Positions 12,304 to 22,966 of a DNA stretch of 64,000 nucleotides are shown here, one piece after another. The translations under genes and the position numbers were made by a program. Source of the stretch: Escherichia phage mogra; sequence record MN850579.1; one strand, written 5' to 3'. The first letter of the stretch is position 1; each line of letters begins with the position of its first letter. Under the pieces are notes generated by a model. That model was not told where the DNA came from. It worked only from the letters and a program-made list of their open reading frames with translations, and made no database searches.

Positions 12304-13125
12304 TTATTGTTTTCTAGGACCAGGAGGGGTTGGTGGAGTCGGGATTGGAATATCATGAGTATAAGTTTGTTCAACTTCACCATTCCAATCTTGTGCTTCA
12401 ACGTCTCTCGGTTTAATTTCTGTATCAACTGATTCAAAAACACTGGCGGCTGTTTGAAGGTCTCGTTCATTAGCATGAAAATCAAGATAAGTCGTTTTAA
12501 TAAGGCCTTCAGCTGCGCCTACCGGAGGATACATCCATCCATTTACTTCAAATGTTAATGACCACTCTAAACGTCGACGGGATAAATTATCACCGTCTAT
12601 TTGTTCATCCATTGCTGCTGCCATCCATACGACTTTAATATCCCTTTCAAATGGAATATCCTGCCCATATTGCTCAATCATAGTCGTATTAAAATGCGGC
12701 TGAAAATATGGAATAATTTGCTCAACGATTTGGAACATATCATCTTCATAACGAGTAAAGATGCTCAGTTCAAAAATCATTTTAATTGGTGATGGGTTGT
12801 ATTGGTCTACAATATCCTTAGTCGATTTACTCAAAAGAGAGTTATTCAATATATTCGTTTTAAACGTCGGGTTATAAACGAAATCTACCATTTGGAGATT
12901 TATACGTGGTAGAATAGTTTCGACTTTAGCCACATCTTCTTGTGAGTTTATAGAGGTCCATTTATTAAGTTTCATCATAAAGTGCTCTTTAGATGCATAC
13001 GTAATAGGAACTCTAATTAATTTATTGCCTGTAGACAATTGACGGTTAACTTGGATATTTGAAAACAAATCGCCCATCATTGTGATATATCGCCTGAACG
13101 ACGAGTTGTAAAAATAGCCAAACAT
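12304..13125 (-). CDS. 15: gp15 tail sheath stabiliser / tail terminator
   Basis: About 273 aa; MFGYFYNSSFRRY... matches T4 gp15 N-terminus; second Met chosen as start. Confidence 0.9.
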   Translation of the reverse strand: MFGYFYNSSFRRYITMMGDLFSNIQVNRQLSTGNKLIRVPITYASKEHFMMKLNKWTSINSQEDVAKVETILPRINLQMVDFVYNPTFKTNILNNSLLSKSTKDIVDQYNPSPIKMIFELSIFTRYEDDMFQIVEQIIPYFQPHFNTTMIEQYGQDIPFERDIKVVWMAAAMDEQIDGDNLSRRRLEWSLTFEVNGWMYPPVGAAEGLIKTTYLDFHANERDLQTAASVFESVDTEIKPRDVEAQDWNGEVEQTYTHDIPIPTPPTPPGPRKQ

Positions 13126-13177
13126 CATTTCTCCTAACCGGCCTTTCGACCGGTGTTTGCTTTATCTTATCTATTTA

Positions 13178-13942
13178 TTAATTCATAAACCCGTCGTCAA
13201 ACGGTGAATTTTGTCTACCACGGTTGTTAACTACTACATATGGTTCAACGTATTCACTTGCCTCTGAATTGATTTGCTCAACTTCAGAATATTCATCGAT
13301 ATTAATGTCATGGATACCGTCAAGATTTCTAACAGGGTTAAGTTCCAAGTCACTAAATTCAGGTATATTGATACCTTCATTTTTCTGAAGCACCGGATTG
13401 ATTTCTTCGCCAGAGTAAATAAACTTGCCTGCAGTAATTTTACGAATCGCATTTTTACCTACTTGATAGAATGGGTCATATGGTTCAACCCAGTTAATCT
13501 CAAACAAACTGTTGTCCATTGGGAAGTATATTAAATCACCTTCCTTGGGCTCCTGATTGTTGACCTGGTGTTTGAAAAGACCCGGGTTAATAGATAATGT
13601 AACTTCGTCTTGAACTTGCATTCCGAAGTTGCTGAAGAACGATTTCGCTCCTTCATAACCTTCAAAAGAGTTCAGATATGCAGCAAATTTCCATGCTTTA
13701 GTAAATTTATTTTTAAGGTCCTCGCCAAAGATAAGGTCCACGGCAACATATTCACGTGGAACATAAAAACATTCAATACCGCGCATTTGTATGCTTTCTG
13801 CTACTAACACATCAGCTAGGGTTTGACTATTTTCGTATTTGTTGAAGTTCACGTATTTGTTTAAAATCTCGGTTTCATTAGTTTTAGAATAGCCTTCTCG
13901 GTTTTCTAACTTTGCAAATAAATTTGAATTATACGTCGACAT
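13178..13942 (-). CDS. 14: gp14 neck protein
   Basis: 254 aa in T4 gene 14 position. Confidence 0.88.
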   Translation of the reverse strand: MSTYNSNLFAKLENREGYSKTNETEILNKYVNFNKYENSQTLADVLVAESIQMRGIECFYVPREYVAVDLIFGEDLKNKFTKAWKFAAYLNSFEGYEGAKSFFSNFGMQVQDEVTLSINPGLFKHQVNNQEPKEGDLIYFPMDNSLFEINWVEPYDPFYQVGKNAIRKITAGKFIYSGEEINPVLQKNEGINIPEFSDLELNPVRNLDGIHDINIDEYSEVEQINSEASEYVEPYVVVNNRGRQNSPFDDGFMN

Positions 13943-14564
13943 AATTCCATCCTGCCCATTTAGGTTTGTTGTTTTTGCATCGGCCTATAACCGCGCTTGA
14001 TGTGATATTAAATTCTTCACCACATTCTTTGCAGGTGTTAAATATTTTACCATTTACACTAACTTTTCGAGCTGCTGGATTTTTTGAACCAGAAAAATCA
14101 GGATGTCTATGTTTGAAATCTTTCCACATTCTTGCTGTAGATTCTTTACGTTTTCTTAACCCTTCTTCAGTCCATTTTCTTGATTTTGCGGCGTCAGACA
14201 TTTTCTTTTTAGATTGGACTGAACGTTTTTGTCCTATAGATGGATTATCTTCTGGGTTAATATACGACCTTCCGCCTGCACCACCTTTAACAAGATTTGC
14301 GCAATTTTCTAAAATGGATAATTCATCTACCAGTAACTCTTCAGCTTCATCCATTAGAGCTTTAGATTCAAATGGCTTAGACCATATAATTTCTTTTATA
14401 CAAGATGGACCGTATTTTCTTTTGGCCCTTCGTATAAAGGTACCAGACCCAGTATAAGGGTCTTTTGAAGGGTCTTCGTAAACTGATTTGTGTTTACCAC
14501 CATAAATCTTTATACCGGTGGATGTTTCAAATGTTGTAATATACAATCTGTAGTATGTTGCCAT
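13929..14564 (-). CDS. GIY-YIG (Seg-like) homing endonuclease inserted between genes 13 and 14
   Basis: 211 aa; N-terminal [24 protein letters not shown] resembles Seg GIY-YIG motif, basic linker, C-terminal Cys-rich CKECG...GRCKNN; T4 has no gene here. Confidence 0.6.
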   Translation of the reverse strand: MATYYRLYITTFETSTGIKIYGGKHKSVYEDPSKDPYTGSGTFIRRAKRKYGPSCIKEIIWSKPFESKALMDEAEELLVDELSILENCANLVKGGAGGRSYINPEDNPSIGQKRSVQSKKKMSDAAKSRKWTEEGLRKRKESTARMWKDFKHRHPDFSGSKNPAARKVSVNGKIFNTCKECGEEFNITSSAVIGRCKNNKPKWAGWNYVDV

Positions 14565-14565
14565 A

Positions 14566-15492
14566 TTAACCTACCAAAATACCTGCAGGAGGGTCTAGTA
14601 AATATAACTCTTCTCGTAAAGCTTCTTTCTCTAAACGAGCTTCTTCAATTAATCGAACACCATCAACAGTGACGCCACCGGGTAACATCATACCTTGATG
14701 TTTAGCAAGAATTTGTCCATTAAGCTCTTTAGCTAATGCAGTTGCATAATCTTTAACCCAGCGGTTGTTATATGCGCCTTGTTTAGTTGCAGGATCTTCA
14801 CCAACTCGTCGTCCGACCAAATTATGGTCTGGATTATCATAACGTTCAGAAATAGACCATGAATCACGAGGACCGACCTGACCGTACCCTACTGTATTTC
14901 CTACCATCTTATGGGTCTCGATATAAGAGCGAACATACGATTCAACGATAATGACATCTTTCTGTCTAAAGTTACCCATTACTTTTAATTGCTCGTTTGC
15001 AGAATTAAACCAAAAATCCGGAATAGGAGCAATCATATCTTGAAGCATACCCATATAAGATACTAATTGAGAATAATACCCGAGGTCAGCGCCAAAAGCG
15101 TTCGGACCGTAGAATTTACCACAATTACTACCCATACCACCTGAAACACCTGCCATTCCTAAAAGGAAATCAGTGAACCATGGATAAGTTGCATTACCAT
15201 CCATTGAAGTAATAGAGCCAACATTTGTTCTTATAATTCTTGTTACAGCAAATACGTTAGAACCACGCATATCAAATACGCCGTGACGATATTTTTCTTC
15301 GTCATCAACAAAAAATACATGGAAACCTTTATTCAACCCGTCAAAATGGTAATCGCCATAAAGTTCTAACGCTCGTGAAATACAATCATAAATTTGGTCC
15401 GTAGTTAATTCAACATTTACAATAGGAGCGCCTAAACGACGTAATATTACGTCCTTTAATTCTTTAGGGTTTTGTGCATTATAACCTGACAT
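14566..15492 (-). CDS. 13: gp13 neck protein
   Basis: 308 aa in T4 gene 13 position. Confidence 0.9.
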   Translation of the reverse strand: MSGYNAQNPKELKDVILRRLGAPIVNVELTTDQIYDCISRALELYGDYHFDGLNKGFHVFFVDDEEKYRHGVFDMRGSNVFAVTRIIRTNVGSITSMDGNATYPWFTDFLLGMAGVSGGMGSNCGKFYGPNAFGADLGYYSQLVSYMGMLQDMIAPIPDFWFNSANEQLKVMGNFRQKDVIIVESYVRSYIETHKMVGNTVGYGQVGPRDSWSISERYDNPDHNLVGRRVGEDPATKQGAYNNRWVKDYATALAKELNGQILAKHQGMMLPGGVTVDGVRLIEEARLEKEALREELYLLDPPAGILVG

Positions 15493-15503
15493 ATAAATCC
15501 TTT

Positions 15504-15519
15504 AGGGCCCGAAGGCCCT
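15504..15519 (-). other. Stable hairpin between wac and gene 13 (no T-run on coding strand)
   Basis: AGGGCC-CGAA-GGCCCT GC-rich hairpin; T-run only on plus strand. Confidence 0.4.
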
Positions 15520-15524
15520 TTTCA

Positions 15525-16973
15525 TTAAGCTGTAGGAAGTTCAACCCATGCACCATCTTTGCGAACATAGAATTTACCGTCTGAAGGAGCATCTTCAATA
15601 TATCCAGCGTCCTTAAGAGTTTGGATTTCGGCTTCTGCAGCGGCCAAATCAGTTTCAAGAGTAGCAATTCTAGAAGTTAAACTATTAATTGTCGTATCAT
15701 GACTTTTAACTGTAGGCAATATACCGCGTTCTTCAACAGTCGAACCATTTGGGTTGGTGCCATTTATAAGAGTATTTAATGTGTTTACAGAACCCTTAAT
15801 TCCTGTGGAATTAGTCCCAACATCGGTTTGAATGTTCTGAATGTCATTACTCAGCCCACCGATAGTTCCTTCGAGCTCTCGAGTACGATAAAGCAAAGAG
15901 CCGTCTGGTTCCGGTTTCCCACCTGAAGCGTCAACACCAACTACGTTATTTAACCATGACACATTAAAACGCAATCCTGACGAAGAATCAGAGCCGACAA
16001 CAGTGTTCAATGCTCCGATAGCATCAGTATTGAGTTTAATACGTCCTTGGATTGTAGTAGGCAAATCATCAGCGCCAATGGCAGTTTCTACTGTAGTCAA
16101 ACGAGGTTTAATACCACCGGATTGATTGAGCTCAAGATTAATGTCGTTTATTGCTGAACTATTCGCATTAGTTGTAGTAATAATAGAAGTCGTATTAGGA
16201 TACCCAATAGACTGTTTAATGCCATCCAAGTCAGCATTTTGACGCGACAAAGTTAAATCAATACTGGAAAGACGACTAAACACTGGAGTAGTGAAAGAAG
16301 TACGAGGCCCCATTTCTTCGCGCAAGTGTTCGACTTCAATAGTTAAAGAGCCGACGTCAGAATCAGCAAATTTAGTTTCTAAATCAGTTAATCGAACACC
16401 ATGGTCAACAATTACGGAGCTATTAGTCATAATACGGCGTTTCATACCAGTGCTATCATTTCCTGGAGTAGGAACCCCATTAATATCTTGGCCAGTATAT
16501 TGTCCTAATTCGTTTTTAATCCAAAGCAGGTCGTTACGAACCGTTCTATAAACTGAATCTGTTTCCTGATTATAAACACCAATATCATCAGTATTCGCAT
16601 CAATATGTTCATTCAAATCATTCAATTCACTAGCATGGGTTTGAACTGTGACTTTAATGACATCGATATCTTGGGTGTTCTGGCCTATCTGTGCAAGAGC
16701 ATCAACATCACCAGAAACATCTAAAATACCTTGAATAACTTTGATATCTTCATTGGCTGTATTCAAAGAAGATGCTATAGTTTTAATATTAACATCTAAC
16801 GCTTCTACGTTACGTTGAACTTCAACAATAGGACGGTTCATTACACCTTCAGAACCGTATTTTGTGTCAGCACCTGTTATTTCTTCATCGTTTTTAATCC
16901 ATTCAATACGACTCTGACCCGCGTCTGGCGGGCCGTCAACATATGGTAAATCTACCAGAGTTATATCAGCCAT
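15525..16973 (-). CDS. wac: Fibritin (whisker antigen control)
   Basis: 482 aa; N-terminus and C-terminal foldon GYIEDAPSDGKFYVRKDGAWVEL match T4 fibritin. Confidence 0.95.
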   Translation of the reverse strand: MADITLVDLPYVDGPPDAGQSRIEWIKNDEEITGADTKYGSEGVMNRPIVEVQRNVEALDVNIKTIASSLNTANEDIKVIQGILDVSGDVDALAQIGQNTQDIDVIKVTVQTHASELNDLNEHIDANTDDIGVYNQETDSVYRTVRNDLLWIKNELGQYTGQDINGVPTPGNDSTGMKRRIMTNSSVIVDHGVRLTDLETKFADSDVGSLTIEVEHLREEMGPRTSFTTPVFSRLSSIDLTLSRQNADLDGIKQSIGYPNTTSIITTTNANSSAINDINLELNQSGGIKPRLTTVETAIGADDLPTTIQGRIKLNTDAIGALNTVVGSDSSSGLRFNVSWLNNVVGVDASGGKPEPDGSLLYRTRELEGTIGGLSNDIQNIQTDVGTNSTGIKGSVNTLNTLINGTNPNGSTVEERGILPTVKSHDTTINSLTSRIATLETDLAAAEAEIQTLKDAGYIEDAPSDGKFYVRKDGAWVELPTA

Positions 16974-18556
16974 TATTTTACCTTAATGATATAGTTTAAA
17001 GAAATGTTCCACGGACGTGTTTCATTTCCAATTAATTCAGGACGATTTAATGTATATTTGGAATTTCGTTGTGATGCCGGGTCAATTTCATATCCGTCAT
17101 TGGTGAAGTATGAACGGTTATCCCAGTCAAGTCCTTTACGTGTACCAACAAAATTTGATCTACGGGTATTACCGAATGCTCCAGAATCATCATGCTCACC
17201 AAATCCGCCAGCGTGTTTATGATAAGACATCTGTTGTTTTTGCACTTCACCGACATATCCACCAGTACAACCTACACCTAATCTAGGCTTACCAAACTGG
17301 TCATTACCATTAACATTTGGATTTGTTAAGTGAGAGCCACGACCTGAGCCACGAACAAATAATCCACGCATATCAGGCAAGCCCGGGTTAGAAGAACTAC
17401 CGCCATATCGTGTCCCAATTCTGGAAGCATATACCGGACATTCTGAAGCAGAAACGGTCCCACCATGACAGAAGCGCCAATCAGAACTCGGTAAACTATC
17501 TGCAGCCCACATTGTAATAGCGCCAACTGGAAGAATTCGGTCTAATTCGTTTTGAGTCACAATACGATTGCCTTGAATATAACCACCAGTCATATTGACA
17601 TTACCAGTTATATTAGCACCACCAGAACCAACCGTCAACGTATTATTAATGCGAAGCGTGCCATTAATAGTTTGGCCGCCTCGTTGGTGGATAACATCAG
17701 CATTCCAAGCAAGGGCAGAAGAACCATCACCGCCTGATTGGCTACCCACTTGTGTAGTTAAACGAACAACTCCACGTAAAGAAGTTGTAGCACCACGTCC
17801 GTTTAATGTTGCGCCGGTCACTACAACTGAAGAGTTGTTACTATTTACTTCAGTCTGTGTCCCTAGTTTAACGACACCTTTATTACTTTCTGATGCTACT
17901 GAATTCATAAAGGTATAAGGTGAAATTGCATAGCCTTCACGCAGGGTGCCTTGTTGTGCTTGAGCAACTGTAGCCAAACGAACAACACCGGTAATAGATT
18001 CGGTGGCGTCACTATTATTTGGAGCAATTTGTGAAATAAGTTTAATTGCTAATTGTTGTGTTTTTAACGGGGTCATTGCCGTTGTATCATCAGAACCAGC
18101 TAATGCCGCAGCAGAAGTTGAAATTTTAATTACACCATTTGTTGCTTCTGTTGACACTTTTGTCTGAAATACATTGTCTATTTTTTGATTCAATTTAAGC
18201 GGAGTAATTGATGCATCGTCAATAGTTCCTGTTACTGCTTCATCTTCAGTAGCATAACGAGTTAAGCCATATTGAGTTTCGGTCGCATTAGGATATTGTA
18301 GACGAGCATTCAGTGATGCCGGAGTAACAGCTTTACTATTATCTAATCCATCAATAACTTCTTGTGGAGTAGCTATTTGAATAATTCCTGGTGTAGTAGT
18401 TGTCGCTTCCGGTACACCATTAACACCTGAAGGAGAAATAGCAGCTAATGCGGCTTGGACATTAGTGACTGTATCTGGAAAATTCGACCCCGTAGGGTCG
18501 AATTCAACGTAAATGGATTCGTTTGAAACGTGTTGGTATGTATTGTTATTACTCAT
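16973..18556 (-). CDS. 12: gp12 short tail fibre
   Basis: 527 aa, same length as T4 gp12; T4 position. Confidence 0.95.
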   Translation of the reverse strand: MSNNNTYQHVSNESIYVEFDPTGSNFPDTVTNVQAALAAISPSGVNGVPEATTTTPGIIQIATPQEVIDGLDNSKAVTPASLNARLQYPNATETQYGLTRYATEDEAVTGTIDDASITPLKLNQKIDNVFQTKVSTEATNGVIKISTSAAALAGSDDTTAMTPLKTQQLAIKLISQIAPNNSDATESITGVVRLATVAQAQQGTLREGYAISPYTFMNSVASESNKGVVKLGTQTEVNSNNSSVVVTGATLNGRGATTSLRGVVRLTTQVGSQSGGDGSSALAWNADVIHQRGGQTINGTLRINNTLTVGSGGANITGNVNMTGGYIQGNRIVTQNELDRILPVGAITMWAADSLPSSDWRFCHGGTVSASECPVYASRIGTRYGGSSSNPGLPDMRGLFVRGSGRGSHLTNPNVNGNDQFGKPRLGVGCTGGYVGEVQKQQMSYHKHAGGFGEHDDSGAFGNTRRSNFVGTRKGLDWDNRSYFTNDGYEIDPASQRNSKYTLNRPELIGNETRPWNISLNYIIKVK

Positions 18557-19212
18557 GAGGCTCTCACAAAGTGGTAGAAAACGGTAGGAGTATCATGGTT
18601 ATCAAGAGTAACCGTTTGGGCACCCAATAAATTCCATGTTCCGTATCCGGATTTTGCTTCAGACAAAATTTCTTGCGAAATTGTTACACCAAACGAAGCA
18701 TATGTTGGCAACACATGACGTTGGTTATCTAAATATGTCACCTGAAGTTTATTACCTTCAGACGGATGGTCTTTATAAGAAGAAATAGCGATTTGATTAG
18801 CAATGGCTTCTTGTAAAGCTATACGAACTTGTGCCGTTAATTCGTTATCAGTCATACCGATTGTTGCTTTAACAGCAAGTCCAAATACATTAATAACGAC
18901 CGGCGTTCCAGGGGCCAAAGTATCGTCGAGAACATCACCAGAAAAAGTCCAATAATCAACTTGTGCTGTACCTTCAGGCGATATGCCTGAAGTGTTTGTG
19001 ACAACAGTACCAATATCGGCTCGTGCCATATTATGGACATCATTTATTGCAGATTCTACGTTAGCGTCATAAAAACCGCGAGCTAACTGAGAAATAGTCA
19101 CGGAACCTACAGCTTGGTTGTTTAAAACATCAATTTGATCTGGATTTTTTCTGTAATTCAAAAAATCAGCATGACGGGAAATAACTCCCGCCTTTGTATT
19201 AAGTACAGTCAT
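18553..19212 (-). CDS. 11: gp11 baseplate wedge / short-fibre attachment protein
   Basis: About 219 aa from internal Met (MTVLNTKAG...); ORF-track start 19230 would overlap gene 10. Confidence 0.85.
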   Translation of the reverse strand: MTVLNTKAGVISRHADFLNYRKNPDQIDVLNNQAVGSVTISQLARGFYDANVESAINDVHNMARADIGTVVTNTSGISPEGTAQVDYWTFSGDVLDDTLAPGTPVVINVFGLAVKATIGMTDNELTAQVRIALQEAIANQIAISSYKDHPSEGNKLQVTYLDNQRHVLPTYASFGVTISQEILSEAKSGYGTWNLLGAQTVTLDNHDTPTVFYHFVRAS

Positions 19213-21017
19213 TATGCAATCCTTACCCAACGGTATACAGTTATAGATGGCTGAATATTAGTTATAGAACGCGCTGGAACATGAGATCCGTTAGTCTTTG
19301 CATGGTCTTCACGATATTTAGTGTAAATAGGACCTTCTTCATCCGGGTCATATTGGCAACCGCCTATAATTACTGTACCATTATCATCAGAAATAAGAAC
19401 CTTTTCATCGGTTTGTGTAGCCGGTAAATCAGCATTTTCTAATGTGACGGTTGTTACACCAACAGTACCACCTGCGGTATGAGTAGGGTTACCATTGACG
19501 TCAAGGTCATTATTATTTAATGCAAAATTAGGATCCGACGCGTCGTCATTCCAACCTGCTAATACTTTGCCTTGTCCCCAAATTTTCCACGAACCAAAAC
19601 CTAAATAAGTGGCCGGATTATTAGGGTTAACCGCATTTTCGTAAATAGTCCCGACAGGATAAATTGTATCAAATATTGCTGAGATAGTCGAGAATTCACG
19701 TTCATACTTAGGAACAGGTTCTACATTAGGCCATCCAATTTTATCGAAATCGGTTAATGCAACGTCACCAGTAATTTCAATGTTAGACCCTTGAGAAACA
19801 TATTTCTCATCAGCGACATCAAGGATTTCTTCCATTTCAAGAAGAGTTCCTAAATCGTTATTAAACCATGTGATGGTAATAATGTCTTGGTCTTCAAATT
19901 GGCGGTCAAACAGAATTGCGCTAGGGATATTATCAGTATATTCAATCGCATAATCTGTATACGATTGAGTCCATGTCCCACCGAGATTAGCGCATGACTC
20001 TTCAGAATCAGCATCCACACCTTCACAACGGAAAATAGGAGTTCCAACAGTACCAGCTAATTCTTGGAGAATACCATTGAAGCGAACTTCTAATGAATTC
20101 GGGTTAGGTGGTTCTGTAGGATTAATACCAAATGCTGTAAATGGAATAGACCTGAATGTACTCAAATCAGTAACGTAAATACTTCCATCAATAGACTTTT
20201 TAGCAGTTAATTTACTATCTAAAATGCGAACTTGGCGACGAGTATATGAACTACGCCACTGAGAAACACCGTCTAGGAATGTCTCAATTTGTACAGTGTC
20301 CCCAACATTACATGGTTGGCGTAATCTAATATTAAATCCATCAAGTGCAACCAGTTCACCAGGATTAGCGCCTGGAGAACCAAAATCACTATTATCACTG
20401 AATACATCACCATAATACAATTCGTTGCCACGATGTTTTACGCGAATGTTGTTAACGTTATAAGAGGTCCCGTTAAAAACATCCATGAAATCGGTCTGAC
20501 CTTGGGTTTCAACCAGATATTCTCTACGAGCAACATTACTAATGTCAGAGCTAACTATTTTATCAATTTGTTTGTTCTTGATGTATTCCCAACGTCCAGG
20601 AGCACAATAAACTAATTCTAAATCAGAGAACTGAACGTTAATTTCTACCGGAGATGAAGAACCTTTAATCGTATCTCCGTTTGCCGGAATTAAAGTAACA
20701 GGGTTAATGTTCCAAGTTGCAAATACGTCACGAGCACGAATAACTTTATTATAGTCTGCAATTGTCCCTTTAGGAAGATTTACCGAAACTCGCCCAGAAG
20801 TAGTATTAATTGCATAAGATTTACCCCAAGCAGCCTTAAGATTAAGACCATCAGCCGCATCATAAGTCTTCCATGCGCCAGCGGCATAAGGAACTTCACC
20901 ATCACCTAATTCATAATAGATTTCGTCAAAGTTCTCATTTATCTTTTCACCACCTCGACGAAGGTAATCGCCTTGTCCGTCATCAACGACGTTACCAATT
21001 TTAATATTTTGTTTCAT
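19212..21017 (-). CDS. 10: gp10 baseplate wedge protein
   Basis: 601 aa; T4 gp10 size and position. Confidence 0.93.
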   Translation of the reverse strand: MKQNIKIGNVVDDGQGDYLRRGGEKINENFDEIYYELGDGEVPYAAGAWKTYDAADGLNLKAAWGKSYAINTTSGRVSVNLPKGTIADYNKVIRARDVFATWNINPVTLIPANGDTIKGSSSPVEINVQFSDLELVYCAPGRWEYIKNKQIDKIVSSDISNVARREYLVETQGQTDFMDVFNGTSYNVNNIRVKHRGNELYYGDVFSDNSDFGSPGANPGELVALDGFNIRLRQPCNVGDTVQIETFLDGVSQWRSSYTRRQVRILDSKLTAKKSIDGSIYVTDLSTFRSIPFTAFGINPTEPPNPNSLEVRFNGILQELAGTVGTPIFRCEGVDADSEESCANLGGTWTQSYTDYAIEYTDNIPSAILFDRQFEDQDIITITWFNNDLGTLLEMEEILDVADEKYVSQGSNIEITGDVALTDFDKIGWPNVEPVPKYEREFSTISAIFDTIYPVGTIYENAVNPNNPATYLGFGSWKIWGQGKVLAGWNDDASDPNFALNNNDLDVNGNPTHTAGGTVGVTTVTLENADLPATQTDEKVLISDDNGTVIIGGCQYDPDEEGPIYTKYREDHAKTNGSHVPARSITNIQPSITVYRWVRIA

Positions 21018-21889
21018 TATTGAGCGACCCCAATTTTCTGAGTTGAGATAATTTTAACTGCCGAACGTAATCCAATAATATCGGATGTAATCGTCATAGT
21101 AGCAAAGTTGTTAATAATACTAAAGCTAATATTAGCAATCTCGTCGGTTTCATCTACATTACCAACTCGCATTACTGCAAATTCGGTAGAAAGAACTTCT
21201 GAGTTAATTGTATCTATTAGAATATTTATTTCGCATGTTTTTATTTTTCTACCGTCGGCGGATTGACATGTAACAAGCAATTTAGCCATGTTATAATCTG
21301 TGCGATAAAACAGAGGAATAGAAACTGTGTTTCCTGTAAGACTCCAAGTCCCATCAACAGGAGATTCTTTCTGCCCAAACATGCTATCAGTAGAATAATT
21401 CCATACTGAAGTTGGCCCATTAAGTTCAACACAACGAAGAACAACATGGGTATAAGGGGTGGAAATAACAAGATTATTAAGAACACCTTTAATCGAACCA
21501 TCGGTTACTTGGATACTTAAAGGATTGTTAACAGAAATAGACCCATTAGAGTTTATGAATTCTACAGAGTCACCTAATTCAGGACGGTCAATAATAACAA
21601 TCACACCGCCATCAGAAGCATCAATATCATGCATGGTGCCTGGTTTAATAGGAGTTTGATAATCGGCCGCCTTTCCTTTTTGATAATAACCTGTGGCATG
21701 AATAGTTTGACCTGTAGGTCCGGTTCCATCTGCTACAGCCATTTTACGTTGATCGCCAAATGCATTGTAAATAGCGTTGATATCGTCATTTATTTTATTA
21801 CCACCGTCGAATAAGATATCACCTGTTGAGGCATTACCAATTTCGCCGGTATCGATTAATTGTTTAGGAGTTTGCTTAAAAAATGCCAT
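21017..21889 (-). CDS. 9: gp9 baseplate wedge / long-fibre socket
   Basis: 290 aa; T4 gp9 size and position. Confidence 0.92.
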   Translation of the reverse strand: MAFFKQTPKQLIDTGEIGNASTGDILFDGGNKINDDINAIYNAFGDQRKMAVADGTGPTGQTIHATGYYQKGKAADYQTPIKPGTMHDIDASDGGVIVIIDRPELGDSVEFINSNGSISVNNPLSIQVTDGSIKGVLNNLVISTPYTHVVLRCVELNGPTSVWNYSTDSMFGQKESPVDGTWSLTGNTVSIPLFYRTDYNMAKLLVTCQSADGRKIKTCEINILIDTINSEVLSTEFAVMRVGNVDETDEIANISFSIINNFATMTITSDIIGLRSAVKIISTQKIGVAQ

Positions 21890-21922
21890 AATTCTGCCTT
21901 TTGTTGTCCGATATTATATTCT

Positions 21923-21930
21923 ATTTATAG
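21923..21930 (-). promoter_or_regulatory. Late promoter (TATAAATA) for gene 9
   Basis: TATAAATA on minus strand 34 nt upstream of gene 9 ATG. Confidence 0.6.
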
Positions 21931-21932
21931 AT

Positions 21933-21958
21933 ACAAAAATGGGAGCCCGAAGGCTCCC
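21933..21958 (-). terminator. Rho-independent terminator after gene 8
   Basis: Minus strand GGGAGCC-TTCG-GGCTCCC hairpin then ATTTTTGT. Confidence 0.75.
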
Positions 21959-21961
21959 TAA

Positions 21962-22966
21962 TTAAAACATAAACAAAATGTTAATTTCTTCTGTTTGGTC
22001 CATTGCCATAATAACAGGTGGTCGGTTTTCCATATAAATCATTTCACCGGAATGACGTTGCAGGTCTCTAGGGTCGTAATAATCCTTTTCTGCTTTAACA
22101 TTAGGGTCATTTGGATTTTTCTTAGCTTCTAACGGGTTTGCGATAATTGATATCTGTCTAAAACCCTTGTTACCAGGCAAAGCTGCCTCAGGGAAATAAA
22201 CAGAATCAAAATATGCTTTAAACCGCATCGTATTAGCTTTAACACGGTAAATCAAACCGTAGTCATCTTGTTGCCAAGTTAAGTTATTTTCATATCCCCA
22301 ACGGGTGGGGTCTTCTTTAATTTCTTCCGGCCATGGAACTACAAGATATTCGTTAGTGCAACGGTTAATTGACACATCGGCAGGAATCTCATAAAGGTAT
22401 TCCCAAATATATCCATCACCGGTTTCGATAACCCCATTAGCATCGCCCCTGCCTTCAGGAGGAGACATAGAACGAACAGACGGGGTCCATTTACCACCTA
22501 ATTTAAGACATTCATCTTTATTATCTAAAGATTCTATTGAACAGAGCCCTACGTCAGGGACATCTAAACAACGGTAAATTAACCAACCAGCTCCAACTTC
22601 TGTCGCGTTGTACGGAGCAGTATTACATGCGACTATATCGTTAATTCTAAACGTGTAAGGGTCTGGATATCGCACATCTCCCCAATCACGTCTAGGAATA
22701 ACAGAATCTAACATTGAAGGTAAAACTTTAACGGTACCCATCATATGGGTCCACATATCAGTAACACCAAGAACAGAATCTGTAGGATAAGGTGGGGCGA
22801 AGCCCACCTCATTTTCATTTGACGCCCAAGGCTCTGAACGTCCAAACGTAATATAAATGGAGTTCTTATCATCTCCATCCCCAACTGAATTATAAAAATT
22901 CAGCATTTTCTCTGTTCTAAATTTTGATGTAACTATTGCACGATAGATAACACTTGAATCATTCAT
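21962..22966 (-). CDS. 8: gp8 baseplate wedge protein
   Basis: 334 aa, same length as T4 gp8. Confidence 0.93.
   Translation of the reverse strand: MNDSSVIYRAIVTSKFRTEKMLNFYNSVGDGDDKNSIYITFGRSEPWASNENEVGFAPPYPTDSVLGVTDMWTHMMGTVKVLPSMLDSVIPRRDWGDVRYPDPYTFRINDIVACNTAPYNATEVGAGWLIYRCLDVPDVGLCSIESLDNKDECLKLGGKWTPSVRSMSPPEGRGDANGVIETGDGYIWEYLYEIPADVSINRCTNEYLVVPWPEEIKEDPTRWGYENNLTWQQDDYGLIYRVKANTMRFKAYFDSVYFPEAALPGNKGFRQISIIANPLEAKKNPNDPNVKAEKDYYDPRDLQRHSGEMIYMENRPPVIMAMDQTEEINILFMF

Noticed and set aside
16291-17918. ORF-track entries antisense or out of frame in wac and gene 12
   Set aside because: Embedded in confidently assigned structural genes; no start signals
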